From NCBI GenBank assembly GCA_964035545.1, contig OZ037765.1:32239504-32303503 (forward strand): 64,000 nt of DNA. The letters run 5' to 3'. The translations under genes were made by a program, and so were the position numbers. Shown here in pieces: positions 26,945 to 39,117 of this stretch. The stretch comes from Bugula neritina. Its lineage: Eukaryota > Animalia > Bryozoa. The stretch's first letter is position 1, and every line of letters starts with the position of its first letter. A model generated the notes under the pieces. That model saw only the letters and a program-made list of their open reading frames with translations, had not been told where the DNA came from and searched no databases.

Positions 26945-27806
26945 CTAATTACTGTAATCTATTGAATGAATATAGAGGGAAAGTGAAGAGCTACTAGATC
27001 TCGTGGCCTTCATATCACTGCAGGAGTCAAGTGAATGAATATTAAGAGACAGTCCAAAAGAATTAAAACTGAGGGAACCTCTTCTTTGAGAATTAGCCAA
27101 TGAGCATTGAGTATTGCTTCTCGAACTTCGGTTTAGCAAGTCGTCAGTACTTCGGCTCTTTTCACTAACCAGCATCAGGTCATAAAATTCCTCTGAAACC
27201 AAAATGTAATTTTTAAAGTTGAGAAAAATTTGAAGATTTCAGATTTAAATTTTTTTTTAATAGTATTTTAGCTCTAAAATGTTCAACTATATAATAATTG
27301 CATTAAAATTTTACTTGACCTGTTACATTCCTGCTAGCTCTTATAGTTAACCTACTGTATGTATATGAATTATATTTATAAGAATGCAAGTATAATGTAA
27401 ATTATAATTAGAAAAACCTGAAAGACTTTAAACTTGTAAACCTAACACAGTATTATAACATATGTGTATAGTTTTCTTAGTTTATGTCTCATTTGTATAA
27501 CTATATAAAGTCATTAGTCATAGTTTAATTTGGAGTGGAAGCAGTTCATATATAAAAGTAAGTTTTTAAGCATTTGAAACTTGACAAACTGTATTGATTT
27601 AAAACACTCACTTTTCAAACTTCTCGCATTCTCTGTTGTCACTTGATTTTCGTTGCCATGGCAATTTCTTGCACTCCAAAAATATTTGAAAAGAAAGACC
27701 AAAGAAGAGACTCCATGCACATATATTATTAGTAACAAAATGATTAAAATTTTATTGAACTTTACGTCTTCTTTCAACTCATCTAGAGTTTTTTAATGTT
27801 TAACAT
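26945..27806 (-). CDS. Orphan single-pass membrane protein, cluster gene D (5' end frameshifted or incomplete)
   Basis: TM exon ending at 27612 (ILIILLLIIYVHGVSSLVFLF; donor A|GTGAGT) joins in phase 1 to exon 26945-27192 (tttcag|; EFYDLM, GLSLNIHSL, SSSSLSLYIHSI). The ATG at 27806 is out of frame by 1 nt across an A6 run. Confidence 0.6.
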
Positions 27807-28818
27807 GTGGTGGTGATCTATGTTTGTGCCAATTGAATCAGTAACAAAGTGACAACTAAATTGAAATTTTATCAAATCCAATGTGAGAAGTGTTGACACG
27901 ATTTTTTTTATTCATATAACAATCATAATTTTACCAATAAATTTAAATTTAGAATTATATACTAATGACTTAGTTTCCAACTTATAATATATTTGCCCTA
28001 TATATTATGTGAGCCCATGTTTGAATGCATGTCAACCCTACTCTGTGATGATTAGAATTTATTTGTGATATTGTGATAGAAGCATCTTGAATTCATGGCA
28101 CATCATCATTCTAATAGCATTATTATGCTTTTATTGATCCATTCTGCATTCAGAATCTCATTGTAAATATATTTAACATATTATTTTACAAATTGTTTAC
28201 TGGGAAAACTATAAGTTTTTCACTTAAAAGTGATTGAATTATTTTTCCTTATGCCTACAGAAGTGTGTGATTAAAAAATATATTATATAGTAATTCTGAA
28301 ATTGTATAAACTCTTTTTTTTGAGCTATATTGTAGCAATTTCAACTTTTATTTAAAATATAAATACAAATAAGAAGCAGCCATAAAGTGCCAGGTCAAGA
28401 GTTCAGACTCTGATTAAACTATCTTAAGTTTTATCCTGAATAGCTATTTTTAATAATTGTTTACATATTTTTATGTAGAGCATATAATAATTAAGGTAAT
28501 ATATTATCAATCAACTGTACAATTTTCTCCCCTGTACATTTTATAATGAAGGCAGCTGATAAATGTGAATACATCATAGATAACACTATTAAAATAATCT
28601 AACACCTAAACTACAATCATGAAACAATGGCACCTGGAATAGATTAAAAGCTCAATAAAGCATTATATAAGTATAGGGATATTAAAATAATAATATGTCC
28701 CATCAAGAAATTATTTAGCCTAATTTTATGCTGATAACTTGCTTCACCAATATAAATTTCATATAAACATGATTAGGAGTGATTTAGAAATTGTCTTCTC
28801 TACATTTGCAGGTGGAAG

Positions 28819-31800
28819 TTAATATGAGCCACTGTACTCAGGTGCAGGATGACTCGGCAATAAAGAATGTCTGTTTAAACTAGTGATGCTTTCTTCTGGT
28901 TGATTTACGCTAGCATAGTCAGAAGGTCGTAATGAGTCTGGAGATGTTGGTAAGTATAGCAGGGGAGCAGGTAAACTAGAGGTAGTTGAGGAATGGAGAT
29001 CATCTCCCCTCTCTTCACTGACCAATGAAGGAGTGCTGCTAGTAATTGTCAGGTCTTCATTTTCTTGAGGATCTTCAAAGTCTTCTGAGATTAGTGTGAG
29101 TTGATCTTAAAACAAAATTTCTATCAGTTAGGAAAAAAATTTGGGAGAGTTAATTTTTTATCTTGGAATTGAAAAAAATCATTAATTAAGAATAATATTT
29201 TACATAGCAGGGAAGACGTTAATGTAGAAAAATGACTATATAATCACTATGATCGAGATTGAATTAATACTCACCTTCATTTCCCAGGTTAAGTAATAGG
29301 GAGTCAGTAAATGCTCTGACGTTCTGGTTAGGTGATGGAAAGTATTGCTGGATCACAGATAGTTGTGCTTACAAAAACAAAAACTTGCAGATAACAGCAA
29401 AATACATCATGGTTGTCCGTTGTAGGCAAAGCAAAAAATTCTATGACAGATTTTTTTGTGGTGAAGCTGAATTTCCTGTATATCCTAACAGAGGCAATGA
29501 TTTCAAGGGAGAAAATTTAGCAAATAAACAGTCTAAACAAACCTGTTAGTGCTTCCCATCTCCTTTGATATCCAGCATAAGAGCGACAGAGTATGACAAT
29601 AACCACAATAAGCAGAAGTATGATAACTCCACACAGTACTACCGGTATTACAGAAATGATAGGATTTTTACTGTTTAGCGGAAATGTTGCCTCTTCTTGT
29701 ATATGTAGTTTGTCTTTTTCAAGCATACAGCTGGAAGCTCCTGCATAAGGATATAAGCTCATGAAATTTCTTTCATAATTAAGGTTCTGAATTAAATTCA
29801 TTAAATGCATTGTCGGCGCAGTATCAAGGTTATGAACTGCAAAGAGAGATATAGTAAATTAACCGAACAGATTTAATAAGCTCACTGTTACCGCCCTTTG
29901 GGTAACCGTATTTTCTTTGTGACTATTAATCCCTTGCAGCGCTCCAATTTCGGTTCAGTCGGACACCCGAAATAGTTTGGGGGATTCCGGATTTGGGTGC
30001 CCGATGGGCGATCGGACACCCGAATCCGGGCCGAAGATCACAAGCCTATAATACATTCTGATTGACGGACCACACTCTGATTCTGCTCTCTTTCATAATT
30101 ACTTTGAGATAATGTTCTAGCATTGGTTCTACTGACTCTACACCTCAGTAATTTTAGTGCACAATTTGTTTTAAAGTTCTTGTGTACGAAGGAATTTATT
30201 TAATAAATAAAGCAAATACTAAGCTACCATCCTTTAGCTATTTGAATAATTTTAGAATACCTTCATATGCCCACAAAGGTGAGTTTCTTACAATACAGCA
30301 TCTACCCATTTTGCAACTGTATCCTTTAAGCTGATGAGATCCATGTTTCCTTTCAATTGAATATTTGATTTTAATTGAGTGTAATACCATGTCTACAAAG
30401 TGAACAGGAGAAATCTTGTCTGTAATACATCAACTGCGGGACTAATTAGTTTTTAACAATATGAAGTAAAAAAATAAATTGGAGATATTACAAAGTAAAC
30501 ATGAACAAACTTCTTCTAAGATACCAAACAATGAAACATTTATAGCAAATTTTTGTTCGCAATCTATAATCATTGTATCAGCACGGATGCTTATGTATTG
30601 TGATTCAATCAATGGAGAGTGGATATGGATGGAGGACACATAAGCAGGCCACAACTCTACTTTTTGTCTATTGCCAACAGTATATTTCTCACAAAACTAA
30701 AATTCAAACTCCTACTTGAACTTGAACTCAAGCTCGAACTTGAACTTAGACTTGAACTTGAACTGTAACAATTATTTTGACAATTAAGTATAAATTGCCT
30801 GCATCTTTATAGCAGGAGGGAAATTGAGCTACACCCACTCATTGAGCAAAAACTGTCAGTAAATAGCTATCGCGAAAGCTTTCACAAAAAGCTTCTGATC
30901 GTTACACAATGATTTTCTGAAAGCTACCAAAAAACTCCTGCAACAATCATTAAATTATATTACCAAATTTATTTATTTAAATTTTAAAGTATATATATAT
31001 AGGTATACTGACTTATTTTAGAAAATTAATTAGTATTATAGGTAAATAAAAATAAAAATAAATAACAGTTATGAACCTCACAAAAGTTTATAGTCACCAT
31101 CCCCGTGAGAAACCCCTGATGAAAATAAAGATTTTTTTTGTTAAATCGGGGTAAGGACTTATTCAGATGAGGCACAGGAGCAATTATGACTATAGATGCT
31201 CTTTCTAACACCACCAATGGCTTTTACTGGGGTTTGAACCCATGACTTCGTGTTTATTAAGCCTGTGCTTTAATCTCTAGACTATGGCTGCTCCCAAAAT
31301 AATATAATTATGAGCCTAACTCAAATAAAATCTTCAATGATATTAAACTTTACTGAATTCGCATTGTAACTTTAGTAATAAATAGCTAATAAAGTGTAGG
31401 CTTATTCCTATATCATTATAACAAACTAAACTTGGGCAATCTTTATTAATTAAAGATATGGTTTTTTAAAATGCTGTCGAAGTGGCTGAAAATTTTATCA
31501 TTGCAATTTAGGGTTGAAAATTTGTCAGCAAAAATACTGAAACCAATATACTAGCATATATATGCATTTGCAGTAATAAAACACTTGCATGCTGCTCATA
31601 TTATATATAATTAGCTAAGGTGACTGCCATATGTTATTAACTTTAAATTGCTGGAGGTGAAAATTAAAAAAAAGGTAACATAGAAAACAAGCTTATATAC
31701 AGATCAGTCAAAGAAACCTGAAATTTGAACAAAAATTAGTTTGGAGCAAATAAATTTGTTTTAAAACATAACAAAATAAACTAGCTGAAGATGGCTATTT

Positions 31801-32296
31801 TTTATAGCTTGCGGTATAAATCTTAATGTTTTAGAATGCTACTCAATTCAATTGAGGACATAATTTATGCAACAGACCAAACTTGAATAGGTTTGGCTAG
31901 TAGTAATGAGTGTGTTTCTAGCATTAAAAGCCCATAATTTCAAGAAGCCCAAATATTTGCTTTCAGAGTTCAAAGTTTTCTTAGCATTATGCTAGAATTT
32001 GAAATTATGTCCACCGCTAAAATTTACTATAATAGAACTATATTTTTACATATTTTACATATACCTATATGATAATATACATGTATATAATATGCACCTT
32101 CAAAGAATGACTTTTCTGTTGACTTAACATCCTCAAAGTTGTCATACTGTGAATTTAAAGGCGTACAGAATTCATCTGCAGAATTAGCCTGGAAGTTACA
32201 TCTTAAAAGTTCATAGAAATACTCCATTTCAGTACATTCATGGCCACAGGCTACTGATAGAAGTAGCGGCAGGACAAGAATTAGTCTGGGTCCCAT
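28819..32296 (-). CDS. Orphan type I membrane receptor, cluster gene E, 5 exons, ~334 aa
   Basis: Exons 32098-32296 (signal MGPRLILVLPLLLSVACG; CTEMEY..C..C), 30261-30392 (..CKMGRCC..), 29543-29836 (stalk plus TM IISVIPVVLCGVIILLLIVVIVILC), 29275-29367 and 28819-29105. All introns are GT-AG and phase 1; total 1005 nt open. Confidence 0.75.
29930..30048. mobile_element. GC-rich DNA transposon end fragment in an intron of gene E
   Basis: Direct and inverted TCGGACACCCGAA sub-repeats ending in GATCACAAGCCTA; composition is unlike the flanks. No partner TIR found. Confidence 0.45.
31155..31292 (-). mobile_element. tRNA-headed SINE-like element, family 2
   Basis: The reverse complement contains GGGTTCAAACCCCAGTAAAAGCCATTGGTGGTGTTAGAAAGAGCATCTATAGTCATAATTGCTCCTGTGCC, matching the 12.1-kb copy. 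Confidence 0.6.
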
Positions 32297-33821
32297 GCTA
32301 TTCTAAAAGGAAGTGATGCCTTAGCATATGTACTAGGCTAAAACACCCACTAATAACCAACCATATAGGCTACACTATACAATATAATTTGCAGAACTTT
32401 ATAATGCATTATCACTATTTTGCTTATATATATAGTGAGCATTAAATATATAAGTTTTTTCTTATTACCCATAAGTACAACTAAACTAATATAAATATAT
32501 TGTTATAACAATTGATATTTTTCTCAATTAGAATATAAACGCTGCATGTATCCTACCCAACTTGCACAAGTATTTCATATACATTACAATACATTACAAA
32601 TACTTGTACTTGGGTACTCACCTTATACTGTAAGTGACTGCTAGTGTCAGTATTTACAGACTAACAACAGCTTTTCCCAAAAAAAACCAAAAACTCAAAC
32701 TAGTCATGGTACTAACAACTGACTACATATAAATGGAAGCTTCCATATCAGCTATAGCTCAAAGTATAACTAAAGAAACTTGCTGATAAATATACATTAA
32801 TGTGACGTGATTAAAGAAATTTACGAGAGATAACGTGCAGCTTGAAGTTAAATAATATTATTATCTAACTTCAAAGTTTTTCCTTTTATCTCGTGTAATT
32901 GTTTTTCCTTATTTTCTTTCAAGCTTTTTTCCATTATATACAAGATGAATTATAATCTTTAGGTTGGGTAATATACCAAGGATGCTAGTAAAACTTAAGT
33001 TTCATTGGTATTACTCAACCAAAAAATTACAACTCACCTTATATAAATAATAGAGAGGAAACAGTTTAACAGACTTGGAAATATACAAAAGCAATTTATT
33101 TGGATAAAGTCTAATAGCATTATTATGCTTTTATTAACCCATTCTGCATTCAGAATCTCATTGTAAACATATTTAACATATTATTTTGCAAATTGTTTGC
33201 TGGGAAAACTATAAGTTTTTCACTTAAAAGTGATTGAATTATTTTTCCTTATGCCTACAGAAGTATGTAATTAAAAAAGATATTATATAGTAATTCTGAA
33301 ATTTTAAACTCTTTCTCTAAAGCTATATTGTAGCAATTTCAACTTTTATTCAAAATATAAATACAAATGAGCAGCAGCCATGCATAACGTGCCAGGTCAA
33401 GAGTTCAAACTCTGATTACACTATAATAAGTATTATCCTGAATAGTTATTTTTAATAATTGATTACGTATTTTTATGTAGAGCATATAATAATTAAAATA
33501 ATACATTATCAATCAACTGTACAATTTTCTCCCCAGTACCTCTTATAATGAAGGCAGCTGATAAATGTGATACATCATAGATAACATGATTAAAATGATC
33601 AACACCTAAACTACAATCATGAAACAATGGCACCTGGAATAGATTAAAAGCTCAATAAAGTATTAAATATGTACAGGGGTAATAAAAATAGCAATATGTG
33701 CAAGCAAGAATTCACCTAGAGTGTGATTGCATGCTGATAGCTTACTTCACCAATATAACTTTCATATAAACATGATTATGGGTTTTTTAGAAATTGTCTT
33801 CTCTACATTTGCAAGTGGAGA

Positions 33822-36800
33822 TTAATACGAGCCACTGTACTCAGGTGCAGGGTGACTCAGAGATAAAGAATGTCTGTTTAAACTAGTGATGCCTTCTTCT
33901 GGTTGATTTACCATAACATAGTCAGAAGGTCCTAATGAGTCTGGAGATGTTGGTAAGTATAGCAGGGGAGCAGGTAAACTAGAGGTAGTTGAGGAATGGA
34001 GATCATCTCCCCTCTCTTTACTGACCAATGAAGGAGTGCTGCTAGTTATTGTCAGGTCTTCATTTTCTTGAAGATCTTCAAAGTCTTCTGAGATTAGTGT
34101 GAGTTGATCTTACAACAAAATTTCTATCAGTTAAAAAAAATTTTGGGAGAATTAATTTTCTATCTTGGAATTGAAAAAAAAATTCCGCTAAGAAAAATAT
34201 TTTGCAAAGCAGAGAATTGAAGTTAATGTAGAAAAATGACTATAATTACCATGATCGAGATTGAATTAATACTCACCTTCATTTCTCTGGTTAAGTAATA
34301 GGGAGTCAGTAAATGCTTTGACGTTCTGGTTAGGTGATGGAAAGTATTGCTGGATCGCAGATAGTTGTGCTTAAAAAAACAAAAACTTGCAGATAACAGC
34401 AAAATACATCATGGTTGTCCGTTGTAGGCAAAGCAAAAAATTCTATGACAGATTTTCTTTGTGGTGAAACTGAATTTTCTGTATAACATAACAGAGGCAA
34501 TGATTTCAAGAGAGAAAATATAGCAAATAAACAGTCTAAACAAACCTGTTATTGCTTCCCATTTCCTTTGGTGTCCAGCATAAGAGCGACAGAGCATGAC
34601 AATACTCACAATAAGCAGAAGTATGATAACTCCACACAGTACCACCGGTATTACAGAAATGATGGGCTTTTCACTTTTTGGCAGCAATATTGCCTCTTCT
34701 TGTAAATGTAGCTTTTTTTCTTCAAGTGTATAGCTGGAAGCTTCATAAGGATATAAGCTTTTGGATTCTTCACTTTTTAGTGGGTCTTCACTTTTTAATG
34801 AGTCTTCACTTTTTAGTGGCAATACTGTCACTTCTAGTGAATCTGGTATTTCGAAGTCCTCTTCAAGTGTATAGCTGGAAACTTCATAAGGATATAAACT
34901 CGTGCGATCTTCCTCATAAAGCTCTGCACTGAATTCATCAAATGGGACAACCCCAGTATCAAGATCATAAACTACAAAGAAAAATATAATAAATTAATAA
35001 AACAAACTAAATAAGCTCTAGCATTGCTATTGGCACAATACTGAGTCTCGCCATTACCTCCTGTTGGGTGATACCCCCATGTTATCTACTTTCTAATTAA
35101 ACATATTGATGGAATTTAATATAACAAAACAAAAAGTTTTAAGCAAAATAAGAATGCTCCAACCCCCCTATATATATACACACTTTGCCCCACTGTAGGC
35201 CGTAATGTAAATTGTCAGCCATTTTTAATGTGTCTGGGCTGAAGTTTTCAAAGTGCGCTATTGGGTACGATCTATGACACCTCATTGGACATTTATATCC
35301 AATGGATTCATTAAGAGCCCTTTTTTTAATCAAGCAGTGCTTGATTCAAACATACTGTAACCGTACAGGAAGCTTGGACATTTGTAAAAATGGCTGGCAT
35401 TTTATGCTACGGTCTACGGTGCGCAAAGTGTGTCTATATATATAGGGGGATAGACTTTAACAGCTGTTGTTATCAGTGACTATAATATACAGTCAGAACT
35501 ATCTATTATTTTGTTTTAAAATACTAATTAGATTAGCTAGGTATCATTTTGAAAGACGTATGCAGTTGGACTCATTGTTATGGCTAACAGAACTAGCTAA
35601 AAGACTCGTCACGAAATTGTTTAAAAAAGCTGTATGGCAAAATGAATTTCAAATAGAATAGAGTTGAGCTAGAGATTTCTAAACTCAGGTCTTATAGTGC
35701 ATGAGATATTAAAACTCTATAATTAGCTAAAAAGTGCAGTACCACAAAACAAACGAAACAGTGAAATCAGCAAACAAAATATTGATTAAACAGAGACCAA
35801 GTAGCCTACAGATCATTCAGTAGAACGAAAGTTATTGAATTATGTGAAAAAGGGCAGATAATCCTTAACAAGATTATATAACCAAAGTAAATCATACTAA
35901 TAGGATATTGTAGTAACTCCAAACATTGCAAAGCAGGGTCAAGATTTCGGCACTATAATAACAAATGGCTGTGGTAACCAAAAATGATACATGAAATGCC
36001 CCAAGCTCCCCAAATCTGCTACATATATTTAATTGCATATTTTCAAAATTAAATCTTCAAAATTTAGGTATATTTGCTTATTCTACAGCTATAACTTACT
36101 TAATTTCCAACTATTAATTAGTTTTTGTAAATATTGATTTCAGATTCCATAATTGATGACAAGCCCAGCAGAGCTTATAGCACTTTTCCAAAGTTGTAAA
36201 CCCTGATTTTAAAGCAGAAACACACTGCTATGTCTACGGAATGCAAAAGAGTAAAAAACTCACTCCTTACTTTACTCCCTATTATATGCTCACAATAAAG
36301 TATGTATAATCTGCTCCCGTTATATATACTTATCATTCATACTTTTAGGTCTATTATTTAGTCCATACCCTTATTTTTCTTTCTGCTATGCTCCATAGCT
36401 ACCTATAGCTATAACTACTCATAGTTAAAACTATACTGACTTGTGAGTTAAAACATGTATACAGCTATGAGCTCTTCATATATATTGATATCAGCCTAAC
36501 TGTAGCTAGTTCAAACATTTGTTCATGCAGGGCTACCCCCTCTTATTTTAATGTAATATGTTAAGAAACGTAGTTATGTGTGTTGTATGTTAACTATCAT
36601 GCAGCGCTTAACTTTTTGTGTTTCAACAACTTATTGAAGAAAAGGACATGTTTATAATAGTGCGTTACGAAATACTATTCCACTATCTCACATGTTTGAA
36701 TTTGGATAATTTAACATAAATACTGATAACTAACATAGTTACTATAATAGTAATAGTTATATTCTACCTCTTACTGGTGAAGCATTATTTTTTAGTCATT

Positions 36801-37218
36801 CAGCATATTGCGATGAAAGCTTTGAAAGGTAGCCTAATTTTCCTACCTCTTTAGTGTACGGGATGCTCTGATTGATCTGGTGTTTTTCCATGTATTTGTT
36901 TGTCTACAGTTAAACTGATTTTGAGTTGAGCAGATGAACTGGCTCAGAGTGGTTTCCATGTATCAAACTGAGTGAACTGCTGAACTGAGAATTATACATG
37001 GAGACTCGGCACTCACCATGCAGAGGCTTGCCATCATCATTTACTATGTGTGAGAAGTCGTCCCATTTTTTGCAAACAAATGAGTCATCTTTATTGCTAT
37101 ACTCCACCTGCTCATGAGAATGTTCCTCAATGGTACATTGATCTCTACAGGCAGCTGACATAAGTAGCAGTTGCAAAACTAAATAGAGAAATGCTTGTAT
37201 GCTTTTTCTTGTCGCCAT
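33822..37218 (-). CDS. Orphan type I membrane receptor, cluster gene F (paralog of E), at least 4 exons, ~335 aa
   Basis: Exons 37017-37218 (signal AFLYLVLQLLLMSAAC; CTIEEH..C; donor G|GTGAGT), 34546-34971 (acidic repetitive stalk plus TM), 34277-34369 and 33822-34108. All introns are phase 1; total 1008 nt open. The last three exons closely match gene E. Confidence 0.75.
35164..35449. mobile_element. MITE with ~65-bp imperfect TIRs in an intron of gene F
   Basis: CCCCCTATATATATACACACTTTGCCCCACTGTAGGCCGTA..CAGCCATTTTTA vs TAAAAATGGCTGG..TACGGTCTACGGTGCGCAAAGTGTGTCTATATATATAGGGGG. Confidence 0.8.
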
Positions 37219-39117
37219 TTTGTCTTCTTTCCAATCTACTTACATGCAAAGTTGGGAAGTAGATCTATAAATACACAACAAAACATTAACCAAGATACAT
37301 TAATGGATATTTGCATAATTACAATATAATATATTGTAATATATATATGCTCTCACTTTATGCTTAGCTATATAAGTACTATAATATGATACCATTTTGT
37401 GGTATGTTATAATACTACTGCTCTATAATAGTTATATAACATTATATTATTCTGTGGTTTAATACAATACTAGTATTTTAATGCATCATATTGTACTATT
37501 TTTATGTAATACACCTACTTTAAGAGGCAAAAAGTAAAAGAAATAGTTTTGTGATTTATTGTTTTTGTTACACTCCGCCTTATACAAACCAACTTAAAAT
37601 CTTTTACTCAAATAAAAAAAGACTACAATTTTACTATCCTAACATACCTGTAAACAGAAGTTTCTTATTATTGAAGCTATTAGCCACCTCTTCAGTCAAT
37701 AGTAAAGTGCCTAAATGTTATAGTGTTTTACTCAAATTAAAAATTTTATCTCAATCTTTGGTAAATTGCAAGTAATACTTAGTATGTGGCTGATAACATT
37801 GCTTTATCATTATAAAGTATACACATGAAGTATATTGTGGGCAACTATTTGAATGTTTACCCACGATATGTTTTCTGAGGTAATAGACACAGTAAACATT
37901 GGAATGGCTCATTCAACAGAAGTGTGAAAGCTTTCGACAAATTGCCTTCGTATGAAATAAGTTTTGTCAAAAGTCTTCATTAATGACCTTAACTGAACAC
38001 TCCCCATCTGCTTCTTTCTCAGATAGTAATGCGTGCAGCCATAGCAAGTATTTAAGTTATTAAAATTAATAAACCGCAGCTTCTAATAAATTTCTTGAAT
38101 ATTATAGAATCAACAATTGTTACAATCGTATATTATTTTGAAACAACTCTGTAAAAGCTATATTATTTGAGTTGCATCAGTTATCCTAACCAAACGCCAT
38201 CTCTTTAGTATTATGTGAAAAAAAACATATCTTTCATAGAGAATTATTTGTGCTATAAATGCATTTAGCATGAGGAGGTAGCTTTGTGGGGGGAACAACA
38301 CATAAACATCTGTGAACAATTTGAAACTTAAACAGTTGATTAAACAATTATATGCACTACCTTATAGTGGTTAGTCCCAGTTGGTACACGTGCATCTGAT
38401 TATCTATCAGGTGGCATTGTGCTGGTTGCATTTACTAACAACTTGCAAAAAGATCCTATAATATTAAAAGTGACCGAAAGTGTTTCTGTTAGTGTATATT
38501 TGCTAATAAAATAATCAATTAATAAAAATGTTCTATTGTTATATTTCTTATTCGATTGATAATAAGATGGTTAATAGAACAGTTTCTATTATTGTCATTG
38601 ATGATATAAGGAGCCATAACAACAATATTATGATTCCTTTTACAAAAATCTTAAAGAATATGCGATATTGTAGGCATATATTATATGTAATAGTTTAGAT
38701 TTTATTAGTAAGCATATTAACTACAATATACTAGCAGCCAGCTAGCCGAAAGCTAATTACTCTACCATTGAATACGACACTGATGTTACAGCAGTTGCAT
38801 AACCTTATAGTATAATAAAATAACTGTTATACTAATAAGTACTGATAGTTGATTTATATCAAAGGCTGCAATGATGATTAGTTACAAAATTGATGTTAAT
38901 TAATATTTCACAAGTATTTTGTTTGTTAAATTATGAAAATAGTTCTATAAGGGACATTGAGCCATCGTGATTAAATATTTCCCACTTCCTTCTCTGTTAT
39001 ACCGAGCTGGTTCTGTATTACTGGTAGAGGTCATCCGGAGGTCACAAGGCGAAATTGATTGAGGCTCACATTGTGGGTAGAAAAACATAATAACGTAGTT
39101 AAGTTCCTGTCTTGCAC

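Larger units (their letters stand above)
28110..34990. repeat. Segmental duplication ~28110-29860 vs ~33110-34990 (3' halves of genes E and F)
   Basis: Colinear high similarity that includes introns and the 3' flank; both copies begin TCTAATAGCATTATTATGCTTTTATT. Confidence 0.95.

Noticed and set aside
32098-32296. TNF receptor family assignment for genes E and F
   Set aside because: Only a partial CxxxEY resemblance; the cysteine count and spacing do not give a complete cysteine-rich domain, and no death domain is present.
36768-36903. Exon 2 of gene F equivalent to E exon 2
   Set aside because: There is a good acceptor, but a stop in the required frame, a length not divisible by 3, and no clear similarity to the E exon.
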